Part shown: one piece after another, positions 1 to 10,196 of the stretch
Position numbering within the stretch: position 1 is the first letter of the stretch
Layout of the letters: each line of letters opens with the position of its first letter
NCBI GenBank assembly: GCA_045117995.1
Contig: JBGUOH010000001.1
Location: forward strand, 746-64,745
Direction of reading: 5' to 3'
Source: Bacilli bacterium
Lineage (GTDB): Bacteria; Bacillota_I; Bacilli_A; RFN20; CAG-826
DNA: 64,000 bases
Position numbers and translations under genes: made by a program
Notes under the pieces: model-generated
The model's input: the letters and a program-made list of their open reading frames with translations, nothing else
What the model was told of the DNA's origin: nothing
Database searches by the model: none

Positions 1-272
1 TCTTTACAAAGCCATCCTTTAGGGGCTACTGTACTTTCTTTAATTTCCGCTTCAGCATTCCATTTTTGTGCTTCCACTAGGGCAGCCTCACCAGAGAAAA
101 CAACTTTATGTTTACCCTTTTTATCACAATAAATTGTAATAATGACACCCGAATACTCCGCTTGGAAGACGATATATTCGCCGTTATTAGGCTTTTGATA
201 GACTAAATAAAAAGCCATCATTTCTTTAGCTTGTTCGGTAGTAATAGCAAATGAAACGATCTCTTTGTTCAT
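1..272 (-). CDS. rnhC: Ribonuclease HIII, N-terminal part only (gene runs off the window start)
   Basis: Minus-strand ATG at 272..270 opens a frame that stays open to position 1 (MNKEIVSFAITTEQAKEMMAFYLVYQKPNNGEYIVFQAEYSGVIITIYCDKKGKHKVVFSGEAALVEAQKW...). This resembles the N-terminal substrate-binding domain of Bacillus RnhC (FQAK..GC.ITAY.SGKVLFQG..A...W). Divergent from mutS2, as in the Bacillus neighbourhood. Confidence 0.5.
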   Translation of the reverse strand, partial: MNKEIVSFAITTEQAKEMMAFYLVYQKPNNGEYIVFQAEYSGVIITIYCDKKGKHKVVFSGEAALVEAQKWNAEAEIKESTVAPKGWLCK

Positions 273-336
273 ATAAATAATCATAACACTTTTTTAAGAG
301 TGAAAAATTTATTTTTAACGTGCTAAAATAAACTGT

Positions 337-2640
337 ATGCAAAACATTTACGAAACATTTGAATTTAATAAAATTAAAGACCATCTCTTAGAATATGCGA
401 AAACAGAACTCGCTAAAGTCTATATTGATGAACTCAGGATGTATGAGAGTCCTGAAGCTGTTAAAAATGCTTTAGAAGATTTAAAAGAAATCAGTTCTAT
501 AATTGTGAGATTTGGTCCTTTACCAATCCATACTTCTGCGAACGCTTTAGTGTTAATTGACTTAGCTAAGAAAACTGGTTTATTAACACCAAGAGATTTA
601 TCTCTTATCGCAGAAGACGTTTTAACCATTGGTAAAATCAGTGCTTTCCTTAAAAAACTAGATAACATGTATCCACGCACTAATGAGATGACCAGTGGTT
701 TTATTGATTTAAGTAACTTAGAAAAAGAGATCCATCGAGTCATCACTAATTCATTAACCATCGCAGATAATGCTTCTCCTGATTTAAACCAAATCCGTAA
801 ATCACTTAAGAAAGCAGAAGCCACTCTTCAATCAAAGATTGCTTCTTTGGCGTTCACATATGGTAAATACTTAAACGATGACAATATCACCATTCGTGAT
901 GGTCACTTTGTCTTACCAGTTAAAACTGTTGATAAAAGCAGAGTCTCTGGTATTGTCTATGACGTCTCCGATAGTGGTAATACCACCTTTATTGAACCTT
1001 TAGAAATCGTCCAAATTAATAACGAGATTACTGCGCTAAAAGTGCAAGAAAATGAAGAGATTAGAAAGATCTTAAAAGCTTTAACTGCTTTAGTGCTCCT
1101 TCAAGAAGGAGAAATCATCACTAATAACAAGATTATTGCGAAACTAGACTTTTTAAGCGCAAAAGCAATGTATGGCAATGAAATCAATGGTGATATCGCG
1201 GAATGCAGTGATAAACAAGAAGTGATATTGGAGTCCGCAAGACACCCATTAATTGATCCAAGAAAAGTCGTTGCTAATTCATACGCTTTAAGCGAAGAAG
1301 AACCAATCATTATTATTTCTGGTCCTAATGCTGGTGGTAAAACAGTCTCACTTAAAACAGTGGGCTTATTGACACTTATGCACCAAGCAGGCTTAATGGT
1401 GCCAGTCCGCCAAGCTAAGATTGGCTATTTTAAACATATATTTATCGATATTGGTGACAACCAATCATTAAGCGATAACTTATCTACCTTCTCCGCCCAT
1501 ATTTCTCAAATTGGTGAAATCATTCACGCAGTAGGTGGTAAAGACTTAGTCTTATTAGATGAACTTGGTACAGGTACTGATCCTAAAGAAGGTGAAGCCC
1601 TCGCCGTGGAAGTCACTAAATACTTAGAAGAGAAACACGCTCTAGCGATGATTTCCTCCCACTTTGCAGCGATGAAGGAGTATGCCTTCTTAAGCAAGAA
1701 CATCGCTAATGCATCAATGATTTTTGATGAAGATAATCTCAAACCAACATATCGTTTTAAACAAGGCGTCCCTGGTAAAAGCTATGCTTTAGAAGTTGCT
1801 TCTAGATATGGAATTGACGCTAAAATCATTGAAAAAGCCCATGCATTCTTAAAGCAAAATGAAACTAACGACGCTAGTGAGCTTTTAGATATTCTCCAAA
1901 AGAAAGTCGAAGAAGCTAATAAATTACAAGATGCTTTAGAACGTCAACAAGCGGATCTCGATAGAAGAGAAAAGAAACTCACTAACGACGAAGAACTCTT
2001 TGAAACCAAGAAAGAAAACATGATGAAAGATGTCAAAGAGGAAAAAGAAGAACTCATCGCTAAAGCGAAGAAAGAAATATCCGACATCATTTCCAAAATG
2101 CATAACTCTGATATGAAAGTTCATGAAGTCATTGAACTTAAAAAGGAACTCGAAGAGTTAGAAGAAAGAGAAGAGGAAGAAGTCTATAACGAAGATATCG
2201 CCGTTAATGACTATGTCACCATCCCAAGTATGAACCTTAATGGTAAAGTCATGAGACTCAAAGGTAATAAAGCCCATATCGTCTCTGACAGTGGCTTCTC
2301 TTTTGATGTTGATAAGAGCAAATTACATAAAGTCAATAAACCAAAAGTGGGTACCACTAAAGTGAAGAAGACTAATTATGATCTCGCTATTAACACTCAT
2401 GTCGGTATTGAACTAAACATGATTGGCATGCATTTAGAAGAAGCTAAGAATGCTTTAATCAAGTATTTAGATAACTGCCGTTTAAAACACTTATCCCAAG
2501 TTCGTATCATCCATGGCTTTGGTAGTGGCGCTCTCCGTAATATGACGAGAGAGTATTTAAATACCCAAAAAGATTTAAGCTATCGCGCTGGTGGAGAACA
2601 CGAAGGTGGTGGAGGTTGCACAGTCGTGCTCTTTAAGTAA
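337..2640 (+). CDS. mutS2: Endonuclease MutS2 (MutS domains, ATPase, C-terminal Smr domain)
   Basis: 767 aa. Walker A GPNAGGKT. MutS signature region and a K/E-rich coiled coil. C-terminal Smr-like end (HGFGSGALR). Typical MutS2 N-terminus. Confidence 0.9.
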   Translation: MQNIYETFEFNKIKDHLLEYAKTELAKVYIDELRMYESPEAVKNALEDLKEISSIIVRFGPLPIHTSANALVLIDLAKKTGLLTPRDLSLIAEDVLTIGKISAFLKKLDNMYPRTNEMTSGFIDLSNLEKEIHRVITNSLTIADNASPDLNQIRKSLKKAEATLQSKIASLAFTYGKYLNDDNITIRDGHFVLPVKTVDKSRVSGIVYDVSDSGNTTFIEPLEIVQINNEITALKVQENEEIRKILKALTALVLLQEGEIITNNKIIAKLDFLSAKAMYGNEINGDIAECSDKQEVILESARHPLIDPRKVVANSYALSEEEPIIIISGPNAGGKTVSLKTVGLLTLMHQAGLMVPVRQAKIGYFKHIFIDIGDNQSLSDNLSTFSAHISQIGEIIHAVGGKDLVLLDELGTGTDPKEGEALAVEVTKYLEEKHALAMISSHFAAMKEYAFLSKNIANASMIFDEDNLKPTYRFKQGVPGKSYALEVASRYGIDAKIIEKAHAFLKQNETNDASELLDILQKKVEEANKLQDALERQQADLDRREKKLTNDEELFETKKENMMKDVKEEKEELIAKAKKEISDIISKMHNSDMKVHEVIELKKELEELEEREEEEVYNEDIAVNDYVTIPSMNLNGKVMRLKGNKAHIVSDSGFSFDVDKSKLHKVNKPKVGTTKVKKTNYDLAINTHVGIELNMIGMHLEEAKNALIKYLDNCRLKHLSQVRIIHGFGSGALRNMTREYLNTQKDLSYRAGGEHEGGGGCTVVLFK

Positions 2641-4391
2641 TGAAAGAGAGAATTAAGTCATGCATTAATAATCTTAAACACCTACCAGGTGTGTATTTGA
2701 TGCATGATAAAGACGATAAAATCATTTATATTGGCAAAGCCAAAGACCTCTATAAAAGAGTAAGCCAATACTTCCTTAGACCACAAGTGGGCAAAGTCGC
2801 TAAGATGGCCTTTGAAGCGGAATACTTTGAAACAATTATTACAAATAATGAAAAAGAAGCGCTCATCCTCGAGATGAACCTCATCCAAACTCATTATCCA
2901 AAATTTAATATCCTTTTGAAGGATGGTAGTCATTATCCATATATCGCCATTAGGAAAACTGGTTATCCATATTTACAAATCAAAAGAAACACCAAAGATA
3001 AGAACTACGATTACTTTGGTCCTTTCCCAAGAAGCAGCTCTGCTTATGAGACAATTGATTTATTAAACAAAATCTTTCCATTAAGGAAATGTAAGAATAT
3101 CCCATCAACAGCGTGCCTATATTATCACTTAGGCCAATGTTTAGCGCCTTGTATCAACGAAGTTTCTAAAGAAAAAGAAGAAGAAATGCGTGAACAAGTG
3201 AAATCCTTTATGCGTGGTAATAACGCTGATGTGAAAAGAGACATTACCGCGAAGATGATGGAAGCCTCTGAAAAGATGGATTATGAGTCTGCAAAAGACT
3301 ATAAAACAGTTTTAGATGCGATAAATCACATCAACATTCAACAGAATGTCGAGACTAATGATAAAAAAGACCGCGATATTTTCGCGTTTTCCACAAGAGA
3401 GGGTTATTTATCGTTAGCGGTCCTTTTGTTCCGTAGAGGGACGCTTTTGGATAAAAAAGTGTACATTGTGGAGGAATTCGATAACAACGAAGAACAAGTC
3501 GCGGATTTGATTTTGCAGTTCTATCAAAATGTGCCATATCCTCAAGAAGTGGTCATCAACAATGAAACGGTCGTGGATTTGCTCTCTGATTTAATTGATC
3601 CTAATGTCTATAGCGTTTCTAAAGGCAAGATTCATGATTTGATATTGACCGCGAAGCAAAACGCGAATAACGCTTTGGACGAATACTTCCTTTCTAGTAA
3701 ACTAGATAGCGATAAACTCGCCTTATTAGAAGAGTTAGGCAATATTTTAAATATTGATACCCCATTAAGAATCGAATTATTTGATAACTCACACTTACAA
3801 GGTTCTTCACCGGTTGGCGCTGCAGTTGTCTTTATTAACGGCGAACCCGCAAAGAAGCTTTACCGTAAATATCATATTGAACATGATGAGGCTAGAGACG
3901 ACTTAAAGAGTATGGAAGAAATAGTGTACCGTCGTTATAAAAGAATGAAAGATGAAGGACAAGCTCTTCCAGATTTAATCTTAGTCGATGGTGGTCTTAA
4001 CCAAATCAAAGCGGCCTCCCTCGCTTTGGCCAAAGCGGATGTCTCAATTAATCTCTTTGGCTTAGTGAAAAATAACAAGCATCAAACCGCTGGGTTGATG
4101 GATATCAATGGAAATGTCTTTGATGTTGAAAACAAGAACATTTTCTTCATGCTTACAAGAATGCAAGATGAAGTCCATCGCTTTGCGATCACCTTCCATC
4201 AATCACTCCGCAATAAGAATATGAAGTCATCATTACTTGATGGCATTAAAGGTCTAGGCTCAAAAAGAAAAGAACTTATCAATAAGGCCTACCCAGATAT
4301 CAATCTATTAAAAGAGGCCACAATTGAAGAGTTAAGTCAGTTACTTCCTAAAGAAGTTGCGGAAGCACTCTATATGAAACTTCGTTATTAA
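2640..4391 (+). CDS. uvrC: Excinuclease ABC subunit C
   Basis: 583 aa. N-terminal GIY-YIG (GVYLMHDKDDKIIYIGKAK...E). UvrBC-interaction region, an RNase H-like endonuclease domain and a C-terminal HhH. Start overlaps the mutS2 stop (TAATG). Confidence 0.9.
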   Translation: MKERIKSCINNLKHLPGVYLMHDKDDKIIYIGKAKDLYKRVSQYFLRPQVGKVAKMAFEAEYFETIITNNEKEALILEMNLIQTHYPKFNILLKDGSHYPYIAIRKTGYPYLQIKRNTKDKNYDYFGPFPRSSSAYETIDLLNKIFPLRKCKNIPSTACLYYHLGQCLAPCINEVSKEKEEEMREQVKSFMRGNNADVKRDITAKMMEASEKMDYESAKDYKTVLDAINHINIQQNVETNDKKDRDIFAFSTREGYLSLAVLLFRRGTLLDKKVYIVEEFDNNEEQVADLILQFYQNVPYPQEVVINNETVVDLLSDLIDPNVYSVSKGKIHDLILTAKQNANNALDEYFLSSKLDSDKLALLEELGNILNIDTPLRIELFDNSHLQGSSPVGAAVVFINGEPAKKLYRKYHIEHDEARDDLKSMEEIVYRRYKRMKDEGQALPDLILVDGGLNQIKAASLALAKADVSINLFGLVKNNKHQTAGLMDINGNVFDVENKNIFFMLTRMQDEVHRFAITFHQSLRNKNMKSSLLDGIKGLGSKRKELINKAYPDINLLKEATIEELSQLLPKEVAEALYMKLRY

Positions 4392-4439
4392 TTGCTTGCA
4401 AACAATCGTAGATTTATTTAATATAATTATCGCTGACAT

Positions 4440-4516
4440 GCGCTTGTAGCTCAGTTGGATAGAGCAACAGCCTTCTAAGCTGTGGGTCAGGCGTTCGAGT
4501 CGCCTCAAGCGTGCCA
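4440..4516 (+). tRNA. tRNA-Arg (anticodon TCT)
   Basis: Cloverleaf folded by hand. Acceptor stem GCGCTTG / CAAGCGT with a terminal G-U pair. D-arm GCTC...GAGC. Anticodon stem ACAGC/GCTGT with loop C-T-TCT-A-A. T-arm AGGCG-TTCGAGT-CGCCT. 3' GCCA is encoded. Confidence 0.85.
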
Positions 4517-4527
4517 TTAGATAAAAT

Positions 4528-4554
4528 ACTGAGTCTCGTGCTCAGTTTTTTATT
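4528..4554 (+). terminator. Rho-independent terminator after the tRNA
   Basis: ACTGAG-tctcgtg-CTCAGT hairpin followed by TTTTTTATTTT. Confidence 0.5.
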
Positions 4555-4589
4555 TTATTCGTGCGTGCGTTTCAATATAATTAGTTTCG

Positions 4590-6257
4590 ATGAAACGTAA
4601 GCTTTTTGTATTTCTATCTGTATTAATCTCACTTACTGCTTGTGGGGAAACGGTTGTCTATAGCCGTAAACACTCATCTAGTAGAACCGAAACCGCTTAT
4701 GTTGTCCCAAGCGAAAGTGGACACACTGCGTCTAGTTCAGTCAAAAGCACTAGTGTTTATTCGACTATGACAGGAACTAGCGTAATATCCACAAGAAGTA
4801 GTAGCACGAGCCATTCATCTTCAGTTAACAATTTCATTGCTTCTAATTCAAAAGCTATCAAAGTATTTGATAAAGATGTCGATCAAAAAGTGCTGAATAA
4901 TTATCTTGTATCTCTTGAGGAATACGATGATCCGACCTTTTATGTTTACAGCAATGGTTATATAAGGCATGGTGATTCAACGTTCAGCTTTTCAGATTAC
5001 ACTGAAACCAGGTCTATTTATATTTATGATGTTAATAATGACAATCGCCGTGATTTTGTGTGGGTAGTGAAAAATCCTTCTTCAAATCTTTATGAGGTTG
5101 TAAGTTATTCAATGACCTATATTCACGGAAATATTCTTAAGGATTTTAAGCGTGGGAACTATTCGTATTTCTTAGAATCCGACGATGAAAATCTATATGT
5201 TAAAGAAACGGTCGGAGCGTTTAATGATACTACAACTGGTTATGGCAGAATTGTTTCTCGAACCATAGCTGGTGACGTTGAATGGTTAAACATTAATGGT
5301 GTTATTGATTTTGGCTTTAAAGTCATGATTGCTAATAAAGAACATACATCAGTTGCGACATGGAAAGACAATGGTGTGACTAAGTTCTTGGGAAATTCAA
5401 ATTGCTATTATCTAGTTGACCTTGTTGTTTTGGCGGAAAATGATTTAACTAATGTTAATCTTCCTATTTCAATAAGCGGCACAATGTCATTTCTACCTGA
5501 ACCCGCTAGAGTTGATGGTCGTTATCGATACACAGTTTATTTCATGAATAGTATTGCTGGTTTTTACCTTGATTTTACAATTTTCGGCATTACCAGACGT
5601 TTACAGTGTGGTGGAACCGATGAAAGTGTTGAAATTACCTGCTTACGTGATTATGTTGATTGGGCAGAAGAATTAGAAACTTATAGCATTGGTGGGCTCG
5701 CTGATGTAGATTGCTCTTCTGCTGAAGAAAGTGGAATTGTTTCAGTTTATGAATATAATGATCAAGATTCTTATGCTAAATTCAAGCAATTCATTCACTA
5801 TACTTTTTATGAAATAGACCCAAATGACTTTGCGATTGAACGTTTACCTCATCGTTACTACCGAGTGTCCATATATAAAGGAGATCAAGGACGCAGCTAT
5901 AAATGTTATTTGTATAACGATCGTTTTATGAAGTGCGATGATAGATGGTTTATATGTGGATTGAAAACTAATATATCTTTTGACACTGAAAAAGCTGCAT
6001 ATTCTTATTTGAGGTTTGATGAAGCTTACAAAACACTTGCTTACTATAAAGTCAGTGATGATACGCGTTCAAGCAGCATCAGCACAGCTAGCTTGTATTT
6101 TAAAGAAACAGGAGAACGTGCCGATATTACCAAACAAAAATATTATTTTGTGATGGGCTCTTCAAAATACTATATTACTGGTGAAAAGACATTTTGTAGT
6201 CAATGGGGCTCCACAACATATACCATCACAACTTCCTTTAAATTCACTTCTTATTAA
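4590..6257 (+). CDS. Lipoprotein, paralog family member 1 (Ser/Thr-rich stalk; degenerate Ca-loop block)
   Basis: Signal peptide with lipobox LTAC. Long S/T-rich low-complexity linker. Block SIYIYDVNNDNRRDFVW is homologous to the DGYRD block of the four downstream paralogs. Confidence 0.7.
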   Translation: MKRKLFVFLSVLISLTACGETVVYSRKHSSSRTETAYVVPSESGHTASSSVKSTSVYSTMTGTSVISTRSSSTSHSSSVNNFIASNSKAIKVFDKDVDQKVLNNYLVSLEEYDDPTFYVYSNGYIRHGDSTFSFSDYTETRSIYIYDVNNDNRRDFVWVVKNPSSNLYEVVSYSMTYIHGNILKDFKRGNYSYFLESDDENLYVKETVGAFNDTTTGYGRIVSRTIAGDVEWLNINGVIDFGFKVMIANKEHTSVATWKDNGVTKFLGNSNCYYLVDLVVLAENDLTNVNLPISISGTMSFLPEPARVDGRYRYTVYFMNSIAGFYLDFTIFGITRRLQCGGTDESVEITCLRDYVDWAEELETYSIGGLADVDCSSAEESGIVSVYEYNDQDSYAKFKQFIHYTFYEIDPNDFAIERLPHRYYRVSIYKGDQGRSYKCYLYNDRFMKCDDRWFICGLKTNISFDTEKAAYSYLRFDEAYKTLAYYKVSDDTRSSSISTASLYFKETGERADITKQKYYFVMGSSKYYITGEKTFCSQWGSTTYTITTSFKFTSY

Positions 6258-6341
6258 TAATTCTTTCTTAGCAGTTTATCTATATAAAATCGTCTAATTA
6301 GTAGAGGAAAGCTAGTTTTTGTTATAGAATATTCACTAATT

Positions 6342-7412
6342 ATGAAAAATGTTAAGAAACTATCAGCATATATATCCTTATTATTTATAACAACTTTTCT
6401 CAGTGGCTGTGGCACTGTTGAACATTATTACTATGCTCGTCCAAGGACTAGCACACGCTACGTGACTGAAACCACCTCTTATGTTACTCCTACATATTCT
6501 TCTGTTTCTTCAAGAAGCAGTTCCTATAGTCAGTCTAACCCTATAGATCCAATTGTAGTGTTTGATAACGGCTTGGATCTATTTAAAGCGGGGTCTAAAG
6601 AGGATTTATTGATATATCTTCCTGAATACGGTGATCAAACAGAATTAATAATCAAAGTTGCTACTAATACTGGCACAACTAAATTAAGCGGAACTGTGTT
6701 TGGCTATGAATATGAGAACACTGAAATTAACCACATTGCTTCTTTGATTCTTTACGATATTAACAATGATGGCTATCGTGATTTTTGTGTGACCACTCAA
6801 ACACGTGGTGTGAACAGAGTTGCTATCTACGATGTTGTGAATTACGAAAGACTTTATTATTTAGAAGCAATCTCTCAGATTAACCCTGATGGCTACTGGT
6901 TTTCTTTAGAAAACAAATCACTAGTGCTTCATCGTGGTTCAAACGTTGATACATTTGATGAAACTAATGACTGGGCCTTTATGAAATACTCTTCAGCAAC
7001 AGGTGTTTATGGCGAATGGTTTAATCATATAGATCTCACTGGCTTTAATCTCAACATCAGAGATGAAAACATGCAAGTGGTACGTTCTTGCAACGTAAAT
7101 GACACCAATCTTCGTTATTCTTTAGTCTTAAATTCATATAAGACCTATTGGTTTTGCATCACGCCTAGTTTTGCTCAGAACACTTGGGCGTCTACTTATC
7201 TAACGGAAACAATTAAAGATTATATCCATTTTGGATTCTGCAATAATGATACCCAATTTAGAAGTGATGCAACTTTAACGCCAAGCGGTATTGAACCAGC
7301 GGAGTTTCCACTTTATTTCGCATACTATGATGTCAGTACATGGGTCTCATACGCAACTATACAAATACTTTGCTCTGGGTACGTGCTAACTCTAGAACTA
7401 TATTTGAACTAA
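6342..7412 (+). CDS. Lipoprotein, paralog family member 2
   Basis: Lipobox LSGCG. S-rich linker. Conserved blocks LILYDINNDGYRDFCVTT and DGYWFSLENKSLVLHRGSNVDTFDET. Confidence 0.75.
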   Translation: MKNVKKLSAYISLLFITTFLSGCGTVEHYYYARPRTSTRYVTETTSYVTPTYSSVSSRSSSYSQSNPIDPIVVFDNGLDLFKAGSKEDLLIYLPEYGDQTELIIKVATNTGTTKLSGTVFGYEYENTEINHIASLILYDINNDGYRDFCVTTQTRGVNRVAIYDVVNYERLYYLEAISQINPDGYWFSLENKSLVLHRGSNVDTFDETNDWAFMKYSSATGVYGEWFNHIDLTGFNLNIRDENMQVVRSCNVNDTNLRYSLVLNSYKTYWFCITPSFAQNTWASTYLTETIKDYIHFGFCNNDTQFRSDATLTPSGIEPAEFPLYFAYYDVSTWVSYATIQILCSGYVLTLELYLN

Positions 7413-7429
7413 CTACAAAGGAGTTAAAT

Positions 7430-8362
7430 ATGAAGAAAGTTAAAAATTTATCAATATTTATTGTATTATCATCAATGCTTGCTTTAAGTGGCTGTGGCAC
7501 AATTTTACACATCACAAAAGCTCCTATTAGTGCGATGACTTGTAGTACCAGAGATGAGATGGTGAGTTTAATCGGAGAAGAAAAAGTTCCTTTGGCTATT
7601 GAAGAGTTTGGTGATAATACCGAACTAACAATTGCGATGGGCAATAATAGCACAACGATTTCTGGTAAATTACAAGGTGAAGACTTCAACTATAAAGTCG
7701 AAGAAGTTCATTCATTTTACTTATTTGACGCTAATAAGGATGGCTATCGTGACCTTTGTTATACAAAAGGAAACACTAATCACAGCGTGACCATCTATGA
7801 TTTAAAAGCACAAAAAGACATCTATTATATTAATGGTTCATTCAATAAAGATGGCTATTGGCTTTCTTTAGAAAATGATAAATTATGGATTCATCGTGAT
7901 AATGGTGGTCAAACCTTCGATGAAACTGTGGATAAAGGTTTCTTCGATTATTACGAAACCCGTGGTGTCTATGTCCGCTGGGATAATTACGCAAAACTAT
8001 CTTACTTTGTGGTGGATGTGGACGATGGTGAATCAAAACATGAGTATATGGTCACAAGTTCTGGAATGATTAATTCTATACAGATGAATTCTTCTAAAAT
8101 ATACACTTTTTGGATCAGACCATTCTTTAGAGACGACACCGCAAAAGTCTCCGAAAAAACAAATACTCATTTCTCTTTGCTAAGCAAAGGGTTCCAAGCG
8201 AAAAGCGAAGGCGAACCTGTAGAAGATGAATTTAATGGTGTTGGTTTTTCAATGAACTTTAACGTTGGTGAGACCGTCAAAGGGAAACAAGCCGTTGATT
8301 TCGAAGTATTGTTATCCGGTTGTTCAACAATTCTCCGAATGCTTTTTGACTACAACAAATAA
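7430..8362 (+). CDS. Lipoprotein, paralog family member 3
   Basis: The ORF-track start at 7340 overlaps the upstream gene. The real start is taken as ATG 7430 (MKKVKNLSIF...), which has an AAGGAG SD 7 nt upstream. Lipobox LSGCG. Blocks YLFDANKDGYRDLCYTK and DGYWLSLENDKLWIHRDNGGQTFDET. Confidence 0.75.
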   Translation: MKKVKNLSIFIVLSSMLALSGCGTILHITKAPISAMTCSTRDEMVSLIGEEKVPLAIEEFGDNTELTIAMGNNSTTISGKLQGEDFNYKVEEVHSFYLFDANKDGYRDLCYTKGNTNHSVTIYDLKAQKDIYYINGSFNKDGYWLSLENDKLWIHRDNGGQTFDETVDKGFFDYYETRGVYVRWDNYAKLSYFVVDVDDGESKHEYMVTSSGMINSIQMNSSKIYTFWIRPFFRDDTAKVSEKTNTHFSLLSKGFQAKSEGEPVEDEFNGVGFSMNFNVGETVKGKQAVDFEVLLSGCSTILRMLFDYNK

Positions 8363-8410
8363 ATTATTTGTAGATAAAGAATAACGTTTGCTTTACAATA
8401 GACATCGGAT

Positions 8411-10105
8411 ATGAAAAAAATCAAGAAATTATCATTATTTATCACATTAGTGACTGTGCCATTTTTAACTGTGGCTTGTGATATGGAATCCCACTACAAA
8501 TATGAAGGTAGTGGTGAACATTCAATTTCATACATCTATACGTCTGTGCCTGGTACCACAAAGGTTCCAACTACCACTTCAAGTGTGACACCAATTTCTA
8601 CCTATAGTTTTGTTGAAACTAATCCAATCATTGATCCTACATTGAAAAATCTTGTTCCTCAAAAGATCTTTGATTGCTATAACGATGGTTATCGTTTAAC
8701 TTCTCCAATCTATTTCGATGCTTATGAATATACTCCAAGTTCCTTCGTGGTGGATACTGATTTGAATATAATTCAAGAAGGCACTAATTACTATTTCGGT
8801 AAAGCTTTAGCGTTATATTTATATGACGCTGATAAAGATGGATACCGTGATTTATGCATGGGCTATACTGAAGGAGAAGATGGCGAAACGAATGACTGTG
8901 TTTCCATTTTCAGCCTAGCGAAAAATAAAGAGATTTATCATCTTTCAGAAGCTGGAATATTAAATAGAGGTGATTATCACTTCTACGCGGACTTTACAGT
9001 GGAAAGAAAACTATATTTACACAAAGATATTCTTAATTCTTCTTTCGAAAAGGAAACTTTGGACATTGGAGAAGTAAGATACTATGACGTAATTGGCATA
9101 ATGATAGAATGGCTGACAACCACTTATACTGGTCCACTTTACTATCGAGGGTTAAGAAATGGTGAGGGCAATCTCATTTCTTATGAAACAGCCCCTAATA
9201 CCAAAGATTTTGTTGACGTTTATGAAGTTAATTTTCATGACGTGTTTGTTTTAAGCTTAGGTGCAAATAGTAATAGTACTGTACCAGCGAGTGAACGTTA
9301 CTCAATTTGTTATCGCACAAAAGAACGTTTTATTAATAAAGTCTATTGTCGTGGAGATCAGACCGGTCTATTTCTCTATTTTTCATTTGACGGCCTTGTC
9401 GATCCTGAATCGTTTTGCGATATAGAAGTTCGTATAGGCAGCGTTGTTGATTATTATAAATTTAGTTTTAAAGATTCAACTGCCCCAACTTCGTTAAGCA
9501 AACTGATTTTCGGAACGTCGGTTTTACCTTCAACATTGGCGACGTACACAGATTATATTTATTGCACCCATGAAAACTATCCTCTTAGAGATATCTACAA
9601 GTGGGATGATCAAAGTACAATGTTAGATTTATCTATTATCGGTATTTATAATGTTTTTCCAATAAACGCTAGTTATTATCCAACTGACACAGATAAAGAA
9701 GAGATCGGCTTTCATATCGAAGGATTTAATGATTATGGTTTCACTTTAGAAAACAAACAATTTATAAATCTATCTGGAAACCGCTACGTTCTTTTCCGAC
9801 CATTTGATTTTATGGAAAGAATGAATACTGCTGAACATTATCTTGGTTTTACAACCATGACTGATATTATTGCTAGGTCAACAACTAATCCATCAGTGTT
9901 AACTGAAATTGATAATGCATCTGAAATTTATTTTAGAGAATTTGATAATGCTGGTTATTATACAAAAGACCATGCTACCCATGTAATTACCATCAGTACA
10001 TATACTTTCTATGTCATCAATAATGGTGTGTTACTCAGTGGTGATGAACTAATTATTTATCGTGTTATTAGTGGTAGTGAAGATTTCTCAATTTTGTACG
10101 AATAA
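8411..10105 (+). CDS. Lipoprotein, paralog family member 4
   Basis: Lipobox TVAC. T/S-rich linker. Block LYLYDADKDGYRDLCMGY. Long, divergent C-terminal region. Confidence 0.7.
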   Translation: MKKIKKLSLFITLVTVPFLTVACDMESHYKYEGSGEHSISYIYTSVPGTTKVPTTTSSVTPISTYSFVETNPIIDPTLKNLVPQKIFDCYNDGYRLTSPIYFDAYEYTPSSFVVDTDLNIIQEGTNYYFGKALALYLYDADKDGYRDLCMGYTEGEDGETNDCVSIFSLAKNKEIYHLSEAGILNRGDYHFYADFTVERKLYLHKDILNSSFEKETLDIGEVRYYDVIGIMIEWLTTTYTGPLYYRGLRNGEGNLISYETAPNTKDFVDVYEVNFHDVFVLSLGANSNSTVPASERYSICYRTKERFINKVYCRGDQTGLFLYFSFDGLVDPESFCDIEVRIGSVVDYYKFSFKDSTAPTSLSKLIFGTSVLPSTLATYTDYIYCTHENYPLRDIYKWDDQSTMLDLSIIGIYNVFPINASYYPTDTDKEEIGFHIEGFNDYGFTLENKQFINLSGNRYVLFRPFDFMERMNTAEHYLGFTTMTDIIARSTTNPSVLTEIDNASEIYFREFDNAGYYTKDHATHVITISTYTFYVINNGVLLSGDELIIYRVISGSEDFSILYE

Positions 10106-10196
10106 AAATTTTAAACTTTTTTAGCAGTTATCTAACTTTTCTTTGTCTAATAAGTGAAAGCAACCTTTATGGTGCTTGCGTTTAGGAGGCAAAGAT

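Noticed and set aside
4470-4478. Alternative anticodon reading for the tRNA (CTT / Lys)
   Set aside because: With the 5-bp anticodon stem ACAGC/GCTGT the 7-nt loop is C-T-T-C-T-A-A, which puts U33 before TCT. TCT at positions 34-36 is the only register consistent with the stem.
7340-7429. The ORF-track start of paralog 3 at 7340, overlapping paralog 2, which could suggest a fused gene or pseudogene
   Set aside because: The upstream gene has its own in-frame stop at 7412. An ATG at 7430 with AAGGAG 7 nt upstream gives a canonical MKK signal peptide, so the 7340 start is a long-ORF artefact, not a frameshift.
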